This document shows, in pieces, positions 10,077 to 20,154 of a DNA stretch of 64,000 bases. The translations under genes and the position numbers were made by a program. Where the stretch lies: assembly GCA_036399495.1 (NCBI GenBank), contig DASWMZ010000159.1, forward strand, positions 30,310 to 94,309, given 5' to 3'. The first letter of the stretch is position 1, and each line of letters begins with the position of its first letter. The notes beneath the pieces are model-generated. The model saw nothing but the letters and a program-made list of their open reading frames with translations, was not told the DNA's origin and searched no databases. Origin of the DNA: Pedobacter sp. GTDB taxonomy: Bacteria > Bacteroidota > Bacteroidia > Sphingobacteriales > Sphingobacteriaceae.

Positions 10077-11471
10077 TTACTTTAAATACTCAGTCAAGCT
10101 TCCTGTTAACCAGTTCAACTTAATTTCCGCTTTTCTAAGTTTAGCCTCAGTTTCTATAAGCTTTTCGTATACTTCCAGCAACTTGCTTTCTCTTGCATTA
10201 ACCAGAAAAAGAGAGCTTTCACCTAATTTAAATCGTGTTTCTTCGCCTTGCAACAATTGCTTATTTGCCTGGTATAATTGCTTTAATACTTCCACCTGAT
10301 AGCTGGTGTTTTTTATAGCAGCCAAGCTTTGTTTCACTTTATTATCAAGTTCAACACGAACTACTGACTGCTCGAGTTCGGTTTCCCGAATCTTAATCTT
10401 TGCCTCCGCCAGTTCACCTCGCGCCGTTGAAAGCGTTAAAGGAATTGAAAATTGTAAGCCTACCTTATTATTGTTGTTCCAGTAATTGGGATTAACATTT
10501 GATAACGCCGACCTTCCGCTATTCAATAAACCCAGCTGCAGGTTGAACTCGGGTAGCAAGCTTTGCACCTTGAGCCTCCTTTCAACTTCAAGACTCTGCA
10601 ACTTAAATTCGAAGCTTCTTAATTTGGGATTATTTTCAATTCCGGTATCGGTAATAACCGGAAATGCATAAGCTGCTTGGGGCACTACATTTAGTTTATC
10701 AGGATCTACTGCCTGCGTATTATTAAGCCACAAATAAGTCGACAAATCATACACTGCAGATATCAAATCGAGATTCGATTGCTGCAATTGCAACTCTCTT
10801 TGCTGCAACTGTGAAGCAGCTTCCAGGGTATCAATTGCTGGCCTGTCGCCACCTTTAAACCCTGCCTTTACAGCATCCAACCGTACCTGCGCAAGTGCTA
10901 CCGTGTTTTCATATATATTATAAATCCGATATTTATTTTCCCAATTAATATAGCTTTCTCCTGCTTCTATAAACAAATTATTAAGGATAGCAGCCCGCTC
11001 GTTTTCACTGGAACGTTCAAAAATCGCAGCTTGCCGCAAGTTAGCCCTGCGCCTGTCAAACAGCAAACCTTTACCTACCGGGATACTGAGGCCCGCATAG
11101 CTCAAACCTTCCTTCGGAACTTTGTTTTCAGGATTAATAAATGCGCCACTTGCATCAGTGAAATTCCCCTTCAGTTCGGCACCAAACCAAAGCGGCAATT
11201 TAACTTCGGGGGTTAAGAAGGTGTAATATTCGGTTCCGTCAAATAGCTTACGATCATAATTTAGGCCAATCTTCGGATCAAAACCACCCAAAGCCTGCGT
11301 TCTTCGTGCTCTTGCTAAATCAAGCTGAAGTTTTGCCTGTTGGGTTACCGGGTGATTCTTTTTGACGATATTTATGAAATCGCGCCAGCCAAGCGTGTCT
11401 TGTTTAACCTGCGCTTTCGCGGAAGAAAACGATAACACCAACATCATCGCCAGCAACAGCCTACTTCTCAT
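10077..11471 (-). CDS. TolC family outer-membrane efflux protein
   Basis: Signal peptide MRSRLLLAMMLVLSFSSAKAQ and two-repeat coiled-coil/beta-barrel composition. The start was chosen at the ATG at 11471, which overlaps the HlyD stop in ATGAGAAGTAG. Confidence 0.85.
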   Translation of the reverse strand: MRSRLLLAMMLVLSFSSAKAQVKQDTLGWRDFINIVKKNHPVTQQAKLQLDLARARRTQALGGFDPKIGLNYDRKLFDGTEYYTFLTPEVKLPLWFGAELKGNFTDASGAFINPENKVPKEGLSYAGLSIPVGKGLLFDRRRANLRQAAIFERSSENERAAILNNLFIEAGESYINWENKYRIYNIYENTVALAQVRLDAVKAGFKGGDRPAIDTLEAASQLQQRELQLQQSNLDLISAVYDLSTYLWLNNTQAVDPDKLNVVPQAAYAFPVITDTGIENNPKLRSFEFKLQSLEVERRLKVQSLLPEFNLQLGLLNSGRSALSNVNPNYWNNNNKVGLQFSIPLTLSTARGELAEAKIKIRETELEQSVVRVELDNKVKQSLAAIKNTSYQVEVLKQLYQANKQLLQGEETRFKLGESSLFLVNARESKLLEVYEKLIETEAKLRKAEIKLNWLTGSLTEYLK

Positions 11472-12798
11472 TCTTTTCTGTCTTGGTCTCAGGCTTATAA
11501 AATTGGGCCGGGAAGCCATTTAGTTGTCTCCAAAGCTCATAGATTATCGGCACATCATTCAACAAAGCAATGCCCTGTGCTCCACCGCCATACCTGAGTT
11601 GTTTAGGCCATTCCCTTTTACCATCGGGCACCACCCAAATTCTGAAAGTGCCGTCTGAGTTTACCGAAGGATCTATTGCAGATACCTTTCCGCCAAAAGT
11701 TCCGTAAGAGGCTTGCGGCCATCCGGAAAATACAATTGCCGGAAATCCATCAAACTGAAGCCTGATGTTTTGATCTTTTTGAATAAGTGGCATATCTACC
11801 GCAGGAATCTTCATTTCCACCGCCGGTGAAAACTCGGTGGGAACAATTTGCAAGAGCTGCTCGCCTTCTTTCACAATTTCACCTATTCCAGCTTTTAAAG
11901 TACGGGTTACCTGGCCAGCCTGAGGTGCAGTTATAACGTAAAACTGCCTGCGCTGGGCGTAATTAGAAAATTGATTTTTCAGCTTCGCAATATCTCCTTC
12001 AGCTGTTGATACCTGCGACATTGCTGTGAAGCGATCGCCGGAAGCTTTCGAGATCTTTTCGGCATATTCTTGCTCTACTCCAGAAAGATCCAGCTGAATA
12101 TTTAGAAGTTCATTCTTACTTGTATAATACTTATTTTCAGCCGAAATTCTTTTTGCTCGCGCATCCTGAAAGTATTGCTGACGTTGTTCCAGTTCGGTAA
12201 GTGATTTTAATCCCGCGTCATACAGTTCCTTTTGACGTTTCAATTGCTCATCAGAAATCTTCAGCTGGTTTGAAGCTGCAATAAATGAGATACTATCAGA
12301 TTGAACCTGAAGTCTGTATTGCTTCAGCTTGTTTCGCAACTGACTCATCTTAAACTGCATCGAGCTTATCAAAGCTCTTTGCTGCTGGTCGGTTGTTCCG
12401 GCTTTCTGCCGATAAAACTCGACCGATGCATTCTTTGCCTGTATTTGATCATCAACCCGTGCAAGCAATGACGTATCCAGGTAATCTTCTTTTACTTCAG
12501 TTAACTGCAAAATGGTATCTCCCTTTGCAACAAGTTGCCCATCCCTGATATGCCATTTCAATATCTTTCCTCCGATAATGGTATTGATTTGTTGCGGCCG
12601 CTGGTTGGGTTGTAGGGTAGATACGGTTCCAAGAGATTGAATGTTCTGGGTCCAGGGCAGAAACATTAAAGCCACAAGGCAAACAACGGTTATTAAGAAA
12701 ATCTTTTTAAGCTTCCTTGCGGGAGATTTGGTTATAACTTTGTTGAAAGACTCAAAGCTGGTGAGTTTATCGGTTTGTGTTTTGCTGTCTAAAAACAT
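11461..12798 (-). CDS. HlyD family secretion (membrane fusion) protein
   Basis: N-terminal TM anchor, lipoyl-like GDTILQL and GEQLLQIVP half-motifs, and a long Q/E/K-rich coiled coil. Confidence 0.9.
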   Translation of the reverse strand: MFLDSKTQTDKLTSFESFNKVITKSPARKLKKIFLITVVCLVALMFLPWTQNIQSLGTVSTLQPNQRPQQINTIIGGKILKWHIRDGQLVAKGDTILQLTEVKEDYLDTSLLARVDDQIQAKNASVEFYRQKAGTTDQQQRALISSMQFKMSQLRNKLKQYRLQVQSDSISFIAASNQLKISDEQLKRQKELYDAGLKSLTELEQRQQYFQDARAKRISAENKYYTSKNELLNIQLDLSGVEQEYAEKISKASGDRFTAMSQVSTAEGDIAKLKNQFSNYAQRRQFYVITAPQAGQVTRTLKAGIGEIVKEGEQLLQIVPTEFSPAVEMKIPAVDMPLIQKDQNIRLQFDGFPAIVFSGWPQASYGTFGGKVSAIDPSVNSDGTFRIWVVPDGKREWPKQLRYGGGAQGIALLNDVPIIYELWRQLNGFPAQFYKPETKTEKNEK

Positions 12799-12808
12799 TT
12801 TCTTCTTC

Positions 12809-14482
12809 TTACACTATTGAACCATCTTTCATAACAATAATCCTGTGGCACTTGCTGGAAAATTGCTCATCATTGCACACAGCCACCACCGTACAGGCAT
12901 TGCTGCCGGCAGTTAAATAATCTATAATTCTTACTTTCGATTCTTCATCAATGCCACTCCAGCCATCTTCAAGAAGCAGAAGCGAAGGTTTGATAAACAG
13001 GCTTCTTGCAAAGAGAATTTTTTGCGAAATATTAGAAGAGAGCTTTTTACCCTGCGGATCAAGCAAAACTCCCAGGCCTTTTTGCTGAGCCGCAATGAAT
13101 TCTGAAAGCCCGATCAGATCGCAGATCGCATTTAGTTCTTCATAATTTATTTCCTTTGCACCAACGGTAATGTTCTCCAGAAGTGATCCGGCAAAAAGCT
13201 CTTCATTACTCGAAAAAATTGCGATATGTTTATGAAAAACTTCTGGGCGGATACTCCTTACAGGCGTATTATTGTATAAAATATTTCCCTCAAAATCATA
13301 AAATGCTGCGGTAAGTAATTTTAGAAGCGTGGTTTTCCCCGAGCCTTCTGCGCCTTGAATACAAATTTTCTCTCCTGCTTTAATATGAAGATTTAAATCT
13401 TTCAGAATTAATTTTGGTTTGGTATAAGCGAAGTTGAGGTTTTGGATTTTGATATCAATGCCACCGGTAAACATCCAGTCCTTTTCTGCAATCACTCCTT
13501 CTTCCGGATCTTGTGGCTTCTCTAAAACTTTGTTTATTTTCTCAAGGGAAGTTAAAACGTCGTATACAACTTCCAAATTGACAATTAACTTTTCAACAGA
13601 GTTGATAATCGTAAGGATAATAATCTCTGCTGCAATAAACTGCCCCAAATTTATAAGTTGTTTAATAAACAAAATCGACCCAATTACAAGCATCGACGCT
13701 GTAATAATTACCTTAAAAGCGATTATTATGCGATATTGAAAAACCAGAACTGAAAAGTGTGCGGTACGCGAATCGAGATATCCGGTAACCAGCTTATCGG
13801 TTTTTTTAAGGTGCAGATCCTTATGCTGATGAAATTTAAATGTTGTAATGCTTCTTGATATTTCCTCCAGCCAATGCGCTACATCATACTTATAATCCGA
13901 CTCTCTTATACTCGTATTGAAACCTTTATGGCTTGTTAAATAAAACATTGAAATTACTGCCACTATCAATAGGAATCCAAAAGCAATAAAGATGGGGTGA
14001 TAAAAACTTAAAAGTATTAAACCAAAAAGTACCTGGATACTGGCAGCGGGAAAATCAATCAGAAGCTTCGAAAGCCCTTTTTGAAGACTGGCGGTATCAA
14101 AAAAGCGATTCACTAACTCGGGGAGGTAATAGTTATCAATGCTAATCAAACTTAGCCTTGGTATTCTGTAAGCATAAGCAAATGTTAATCTGGTGAAAAC
14201 GCGTTGTTGAATTCTTTCACTGGCACGCATTTGTGCAATTTGCAAAATCCCATTCGCAAAAACTCCAGCCACTACCAGCACAATCAGTACTATTAATGAA
14301 GTGCTAACCGTACCACCGAACATGAGATTGATAATGGCCTGAATACCCAAAGGCAATGAGAGAAGTATAATACCGCTAATTATAGCATAGATGTAAACAC
14401 TCGTAATCTCCCCTTTTTCAAGATTGATCAGACGAAACAACTTTCGGCTCGCTTCTGCTATTGAATATTCTTTTTGTGCCAT
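12809..14482 (-). CDS. ABC exporter (fused TMD-NBD, no C39 peptidase domain) with a degenerate nucleotide-binding domain
   Basis: Six-TM N-terminal half. Walker A is GAEGSGKT. The Q-loop, signature, Walker B and H-loop positions all diverge from consensus (see finding). The start was moved to the ATG at 14482 (MAQKEYS). Confidence 0.85.
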   Translation of the reverse strand: MAQKEYSIAEASRKLFRLINLEKGEITSVYIYAIISGIILLSLPLGIQAIINLMFGGTVSTSLIVLIVLVVAGVFANGILQIAQMRASERIQQRVFTRLTFAYAYRIPRLSLISIDNYYLPELVNRFFDTASLQKGLSKLLIDFPAASIQVLFGLILLSFYHPIFIAFGFLLIVAVISMFYLTSHKGFNTSIRESDYKYDVAHWLEEISRSITTFKFHQHKDLHLKKTDKLVTGYLDSRTAHFSVLVFQYRIIIAFKVIITASMLVIGSILFIKQLINLGQFIAAEIIILTIINSVEKLIVNLEVVYDVLTSLEKINKVLEKPQDPEEGVIAEKDWMFTGGIDIKIQNLNFAYTKPKLILKDLNLHIKAGEKICIQGAEGSGKTTLLKLLTAAFYDFEGNILYNNTPVRSIRPEVFHKHIAIFSSNEELFAGSLLENITVGAKEINYEELNAICDLIGLSEFIAAQQKGLGVLLDPQGKKLSSNISQKILFARSLFIKPSLLLLEDGWSGIDEESKVRIIDYLTAGSNACTVVAVCNDEQFSSKCHRIIVMKDGSIV

Positions 14483-14630
14483 AAAATTATTAAGCAAATA
14501 TATAGATATAATCATTAATGATAGTAATACTATTACAAATGATTATAAAATGACAAATAATGAATATATTACTATTCCCAATCATAGTTTTTTCTATCTT
14601 TGCAGGATGCAATGGCAACTACACCCTAAA

Positions 14631-15305
14631 ATGAACGAAAAACTTTACCTGAGAGATCCGGAGCAAAGCGACATAGGGAGAAAAATTCTGAAACATGGTG
14701 TTACATTGATACGTGAACTTGGCTTCGAAGGATTTACATTTAAGAAGTTATCTGAAGTTACAAAAACCACCGAGGCTACAATTTACAGATATTTTGAAAA
14801 CAAGCACAGATTGTTAGCCTATATCGTTGCGTGGTACTGGTACTGGTTAGATTTTCAGGTAATGTTTAATACGCATAATGTTGAAAGTGCCGAAAAGAAA
14901 ATTAAAACTGTGATCGATATTTTGACCTGGCAAATAGAAAGCGGGCAAACAACCGGAAACGACATCAACATGGAAGATCTGCATGAGATCATCAAAACCG
15001 AGTCTTCCAAAGTTTACTTAACCAAGCATGTATCAGAAGACAATCAGGCCCGGATTTTTAAACCCTACAAAGACCTTTGTGGTCGTATAAGCAGTATATT
15101 TCTAGAATATAATCCAGGTTATATCTATCCCAGATCACTCTCAAGCACTTTGGTTGAAACTGCACACTCGCAAGATTTTTTTATGCTAAATCTGCCTTCG
15201 TTGACTGATTTCTCAGAAACGAAAAGTTTGGTTAAGGTAAAGGAGTTTTTGGAGTCGTTGATATTTTCGGCGCTGGCAGTGTTTGATACTGATAAGAACA
15301 AGTAA
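14631..15305 (+). CDS. TetR/AcrR family transcriptional regulator
   Basis: N-terminal HTH block GFEGFTFKKLSEVTKTTEATIYRYFENKHRLL. Divergent from the ABC-HlyD-TolC operon. The start was placed at the ATG at 14631 (14607 is also possible) because the ORF-track start would overlap the ABC gene. Confidence 0.85.
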   Translation: MNEKLYLRDPEQSDIGRKILKHGVTLIRELGFEGFTFKKLSEVTKTTEATIYRYFENKHRLLAYIVAWYWYWLDFQVMFNTHNVESAEKKIKTVIDILTWQIESGQTTGNDINMEDLHEIIKTESSKVYLTKHVSEDNQARIFKPYKDLCGRISSIFLEYNPGYIYPRSLSSTLVETAHSQDFFMLNLPSLTDFSETKSLVKVKEFLESLIFSALAVFDTDKNK

Positions 15306-15821
15306 TCAAACATAATATATTTTATTAATAAGATTAATTGCGAATACTTTTTGTTATCTGGAGCAGATAAATCGTTAATTGAGAACAAACCACTATCAGG
15401 GACAGGCTATCCCTTCCCAATTATATGCGTCAAGTTCTCGATCTCCCCTTGAGCATTAACACAATTCTCCAGCATCATTAATGGGTTTCTATGAAAGTTG
15501 ACCTCGTATCTCAAAAATTTCTATTAGTCTGGTAAAATCTCTACACACTGGCCCCTTTAACCAAAGTATCATTTGTATCAATTAAGGAAGTCGGTAAATT
15601 GACTCTTCACTACCATTATAGAAACTAATAGCCACAAGTTTGTCTCCAACGGAAGTAATATCGGTTATTCAAAATGGTATTTGCATTAACTGGAATTCTT
15701 GAAAGCTCATCCCTATCAGATGGCTTCCCCTTTATCAATATTTTCCTGCTTCCAGAACATATGCAATAAAAGACTAGCTAAAAATTTACATACTTTAGGG
15801 TTAAAGACTTACATCGAACGG

Positions 15822-17573
15822 TTAAAAATTTACAAGTTTTTTATACTTGTCCAATACGGCCCGAAAAGGTGTCAAATTAATAAAGGTGGCTTGGTCGTCA
15901 CGGTATAAAGTTGGGCAACTAGTATTCTCGCTTTTTAGCTTCCGCCATTCTACCCAGCTTGTTTCATACGTTTGAATTGCTTTTTTAAGGGCTTGTTTAT
16001 TTATTCCTCTTTTGTAAATAGCCGCCTCTGCCGCCAGCAATTGCATTTTCCAGACCTGTTCAAAAATTTGATATTTGATCCGCCCATAAGTACAAGACAC
16101 CCGGAGAAACTCTTGGTCTTCTTTATTTGGCAGATAAAGCTCAGCGGAAAGCTTTTCAATTTTCTTCCATATACCAACGGCCTTTTGCTTCTCTTCAATG
16201 GCTTCTTGTACCTTTCCTGCAGCTACTATTGGCGAAAGATCTACAGCAGCTATATATTCATCGCGGCACCACCAGTCACTTATATGGGCATACATGCTCG
16301 CTTGTCCGAAAAGAGTGCCGGTAGCCGATAGTAAACATATCTGCCGTATTTTTTGTAAATCCTTGCCCGTTATCTTCAATCGCTCTGCCACCACCTGGGC
16401 AAATATTTCATCTTCTGACTGTTTAGGATTGTTCCCATAACGGGTTAAGGTCTGAACATTAATGTCTACCCATAATTCGTTGGATATGTAAGGCCCAGCC
16501 CAACCGTCTCCACGGGACCAAGTCCAGATGCCGGCCAGCAAGGGAGAAACAACAAGGTCACTAAGACTTTTTGGGCGAATGTCGAACCAGCCAAATTCAT
16601 CCCAACCATTGATAACACCTTTGGCGATATAATAGGGATGCGCGTTTTTTCCATACAACCCCGCTTGATTAACAGAGACTTCTACAATCTGCTGATGTTT
16701 ACCAATACCCAGGCAAGGATTGAAAGGATATAAACGAATAAAATCATTTTGCACATGTTTAATTGAGAAAATCAAGTTGGGATGTGGATCCACCGCATTG
16801 GTTACGTTTAAATAATATTCTGGTTTTGTATGAAACGTGCCAAAATCCCAAGTGCGGAAAAAAAGCTTTTTATTTCTTTTCACACAAATCTCCTCCCGAA
16901 GGATACTGATTAAAGTAATATGTTCCTCTACCGACTTTGCAGGAGAGCCACCTGCGTAACCAGGAAACTCATGCAGGTAAGTTTCCCCAAAGCGAACGAC
17001 CAATCCGCCAATGGTAGGGAAGCGGCTGAATATGGCGTCTACCTGTGCCCGCAATAACTCCTGTGTCCTGCTTTTAAGGATAGAGGAATTAAAGCGTGTA
17101 CCTCCCAAAACCTCCGTACCTTTTTCTGATTCATCCGCCCTCATTTCTTTGCCATACTTCTCTATGGCAGTTTTGGGTAATACCAATACATCTGTGAATG
17201 GATAAACCGGCATCCCTACTTCCTCAGCTTTTTTAAACATACGATCGAGCTCAGACGCATAGCGGTCAATCTCGTTTCTTATTGTTGAATTGCGGGGCAC
17301 GATCGTAGAGTCAAACTGGTCATAGCAGATAGCGCAAGGAAGGTGGACCCTGGGCACTTGCCCGTTAAAACCGCTTAACTTTAGAAAAGCAGGATCATTA
17401 TACTTTGTTTCAAAAGGTGGCTCACCAGGATTATGATGCACCATATTCAGATTGTAGGAAAGCCTGCCAGCTACCTTATTCTCCTGCGAGATGCAAAGAA
17501 AGCCTGATAGCATAAAAAGCAAGGATAATAGGATTTTAGGGAGAGTCATGTCTGTAAATATTAATAATCTCAT
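15822..17573 (-). CDS. exported protein of unknown function, possibly a TIM-barrel glycoside hydrolase-like enzyme
   Basis: Signal peptide (LPKILLSLLFMLSGFLCISQ). Adjacent to the SusC/D locus. Weak by-eye resemblance to alpha-glucuronidase-type barrels (IKHVQNDFIRLYPFNP) that I cannot verify. The start may instead be the ATG at 17549. Confidence 0.6.
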   Translation of the reverse strand: MRLLIFTDMTLPKILLSLLFMLSGFLCISQENKVAGRLSYNLNMVHHNPGEPPFETKYNDPAFLKLSGFNGQVPRVHLPCAICYDQFDSTIVPRNSTIRNEIDRYASELDRMFKKAEEVGMPVYPFTDVLVLPKTAIEKYGKEMRADESEKGTEVLGGTRFNSSILKSRTQELLRAQVDAIFSRFPTIGGLVVRFGETYLHEFPGYAGGSPAKSVEEHITLISILREEICVKRNKKLFFRTWDFGTFHTKPEYYLNVTNAVDPHPNLIFSIKHVQNDFIRLYPFNPCLGIGKHQQIVEVSVNQAGLYGKNAHPYYIAKGVINGWDEFGWFDIRPKSLSDLVVSPLLAGIWTWSRGDGWAGPYISNELWVDINVQTLTRYGNNPKQSEDEIFAQVVAERLKITGKDLQKIRQICLLSATGTLFGQASMYAHISDWWCRDEYIAAVDLSPIVAAGKVQEAIEEKQKAVGIWKKIEKLSAELYLPNKEDQEFLRVSCTYGRIKYQIFEQVWKMQLLAAEAAIYKRGINKQALKKAIQTYETSWVEWRKLKSENTSCPTLYRDDQATFINLTPFRAVLDKYKKLVNF

Positions 17574-17659
17574 TCGATTGTTTTATGCCTTCAGCGACCT
17601 CTTTTCAAAAATTCCTTCTTTGGCTTTATCCTTTATAAAGGCAATTAGCTAGATTAATA

Positions 17660-17700
17660 AGGTAATCTTACATGCTGTTTCACAGCATGTAAGATTACCT
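17660..17700 (-). terminator. strong 19-bp perfect hairpin downstream of the SusC/SusD/DUF4397 genes
   Basis: AGGTAATCTTACATGCTGT-ttc-ACAGCATGTAAGATTACCT, followed on the minus strand by TTATTAAT. Confidence 0.65.
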
Positions 17701-17798
17701 GAAAGGATCTCCGATACTTCAATTATATCTTTTTCGGCCAGGATGATTGCTTATAAACCAACCATTCAGCGACAAAACGGATCATCGGGGTAATGACT

Positions 17799-18569
17799 CT
17801 AATAAGTCCACCTGTTTAAAACAAAACTCAACTGCAATGCTTGAGTTCCCAGAGAACCGGCTGTAGGAACTTTTTGTCCACGAGCCCATACCGTTAGGAT
17901 GTTATTAGCTTCTAATAATACATTGAGGGCAGGGCGTAATACAGTCGAGGTACCCGCGGCATTTATTTGCAAGCGATATTGTCCAGGCTCCAATTCCATA
18001 TAGTTCTGCCTTTTTTTGTAGGAGAGATTTGCGGCAACAATAGCCCCTGTAGTACTATTCACAATATCTATGGGGCCGGCATCCAGACTTAGGTTTAAAA
18101 ACAAAACCTTTGCCTTCCCGACAGTAGGTAATGATAAGTTATCGTGAACCAGGAACGTATCGACTTTATATATTGTTCCCACCGAGTAGAGTGTATAATA
18201 GTTATCCGCTTCTATCTGTAAAGGGAACTCCATCACCTTGGTTCTACCAAGGTAATTAGGTTTATCACTTCCCGGAGAATACGCTGTATCAAGCCGAATA
18301 TTCATAGTGCCGGGGTTAAATGCCTTATAACCATTATAACCCGGGAATTGAATAGGATGATTGTTGAAATCCACTCCGTTATAAACGGGATAAACCCCAA
18401 CCTCCCTGCGTGCTAAAGCGGGCGTAGAGCCGTTATTCACTGTAGCATTTACATACATAAGCTTAGCCTTCTCCCTCATTTCTCCCATCCCCTCGTCTTC
18501 TTTTTGACAGGCAAACATAGCCGCTGAAATCGTAGCTAATATGATGAAGTGTTTAATACTATATTTCAT
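17799..18569 (-). CDS. DUF4397-like lipoprotein
   Basis: Lipobox-like AAMFACQ. Two repeats of the K-A-K-L/V-x-F/Y-V/L-N pattern (KAKLMYVNATV, KAKVLFLNLSL) typical of DUF4397 proteins found after SusD genes. Confidence 0.6.
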   Translation of the reverse strand: MKYSIKHFIILATISAAMFACQKEDEGMGEMREKAKLMYVNATVNNGSTPALARREVGVYPVYNGVDFNNHPIQFPGYNGYKAFNPGTMNIRLDTAYSPGSDKPNYLGRTKVMEFPLQIEADNYYTLYSVGTIYKVDTFLVHDNLSLPTVGKAKVLFLNLSLDAGPIDIVNSTTGAIVAANLSYKKRQNYMELEPGQYRLQINAAGTSTVLRPALNVLLEANNILTVWARGQKVPTAGSLGTQALQLSFVLNRWTY

Positions 18570-18588
18570 GATCGTTTGAATTTTGAGG

Positions 18589-20136
18589 TTAGTATCCAGG
18601 GTTTTGAGTTAGCAATGGATTATTTACAATTTCCACCTGCGGAAAAGGAAACAGCATTTTGTTTTGATTGAATTTTGTTCTCTTTTGATTTTGAACTAGG
18701 ACTTGATTGGCATAAGTAGCACCGTAACGGACTATATCAAACCATCTTTTATTTTCCATTGCCAATTCCTTTCTTCTTTCCGAACGGACAATATCTCTAA
18801 AAGAACTTTGGGTTTGCCCCTGAGCAATATCAACGGCCGATGGCGTATTGAGAGGAAGCCCAAACGCCCTTCTTCTGAGTTGATTAATGAGATCAATAGC
18901 CAATACATCAGGGCCCCCAAGCTCATTTGTAGCCTCAGCATATATTAAGTAAGCGTCAGCCACACGGTAGGCCACATAATTTCCAGTCGAAAACGATGCT
19001 TTACCCGGCTCATAGTATTTTTTTGTTAACCATCTGGTTAAACTGTTACTTCCTAATGCCTGGTGAAAGTTAACGTTGACCCTTAAGTCACCAGCCTCGT
19101 ACTCCTGAATAAGTCCGCCGGTCAAACCTGGCTCATTATCTGGAGCCGCATTATCAGTTGGCCGATAGCGTGCAAGGCTAGCTGAACCTCCAGGAGCATC
19201 AGAAATAGGCCCCATAATATAGCTGAAGTTATGTCCGTTTGGAGCCGTGCCACTAGAGACACCTGCACTACTGAACTGAATCTCGAAAAGTGACTCTTGG
19301 GTGTTTTCCGCCCCTCCATTAGCGGCAGGAAAAGAAGCTGCATAGGTGTTGTTCAATTTAAAACCGCTGGGATTTTGGATCACCTGCAAAGCAGTAGCTT
19401 TTGCCTCTGCATATTTTTTTTGTGTAAGATACGCTTCTGCCAATACTACTAGTGCCGACCACTTTGTAACACGACCTTTTTCGTTACCTGAACCAGAACC
19501 AGTATACGACAAAGGCAATTTCTGTGCTGCTGAAGTCAGGTCGCTTTCAATTAACTTATACACCTCTTCCTTAGAAGAACGAGGAATATTAACCTGTGCA
19601 GGAGCAGTTATCTCCTCAGTTCTTAAAGGTACATCACCTAATAATCTCACTAGATTATAATAGGCAAATGCCCTCATGAAATGAGCCTCACCCACAAATT
19701 GATCATTGAAAAGGGTACCTGTACCGTTCCTAAGAAAAGCTGTGGGAAAGGTGATTTTTGGGACCCGATTAATTATTAGGTTAGACCGGTAAATTAGCCT
19801 GTAGAACTCATCCATAATTGTAAAGGTAGGTCCGGTTTCCGAACCTAACTCAAAGTAATCAATTGGATCATACAATCCCCCAAGCGCACTTTCACTCATC
19901 ACGTCGTCGCTTGCTAAATCGATACTTATCAAAGCATTTGTTCCCCGATAAAGATTACCGCCTGTTAGTGTGGCGTATAATCCGTTCACAGCATTTAATG
20001 ACCCATTATAATCGGTAAACGTACCGTCAACTGTTTGGGTACCATAAGGAGTTGGATTTAGTTCCTTCTCACAAGCTGTTAGAATACAAACCGCAGATAT
20101 AAGCGCTGCGGCAGAATATATAAATTTATTTTTCAT
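18589..20136 (-). CDS. susD: SusD/RagB family nutrient-binding outer-membrane lipoprotein
   Basis: Lipoprotein signal (CILTACEKE). TPR-like blocks FMRAFAYYNLVRLLGDVPL, AEAYLIYAEA and RRKELAMENKRWFDIVR. Lies immediately downstream of the SusC-like gene. Confidence 0.92.
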   Translation of the reverse strand: MKNKFIYSAAALISAVCILTACEKELNPTPYGTQTVDGTFTDYNGSLNAVNGLYATLTGGNLYRGTNALISIDLASDDVMSESALGGLYDPIDYFELGSETGPTFTIMDEFYRLIYRSNLIINRVPKITFPTAFLRNGTGTLFNDQFVGEAHFMRAFAYYNLVRLLGDVPLRTEEITAPAQVNIPRSSKEEVYKLIESDLTSAAQKLPLSYTGSGSGNEKGRVTKWSALVVLAEAYLTQKKYAEAKATALQVIQNPSGFKLNNTYAASFPAANGGAENTQESLFEIQFSSAGVSSGTAPNGHNFSYIMGPISDAPGGSASLARYRPTDNAAPDNEPGLTGGLIQEYEAGDLRVNVNFHQALGSNSLTRWLTKKYYEPGKASFSTGNYVAYRVADAYLIYAEATNELGGPDVLAIDLINQLRRRAFGLPLNTPSAVDIAQGQTQSSFRDIVRSERRKELAMENKRWFDIVRYGATYANQVLVQNQKRTKFNQNKMLFPFPQVEIVNNPLLTQNPGY

Positions 20137-20154
20137 TTCAAATTCTTTAAATCA

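Noticed and set aside
14424-14630. Long N-terminal extension of the TetR ORF, and the corresponding extension of the ABC ORF to 14515
   Set aside because: The extensions would make the divergent genes overlap. The TetR HTH begins shortly after the ATG at 14631, and the ABC TMD begins shortly after the ATG at 14482.
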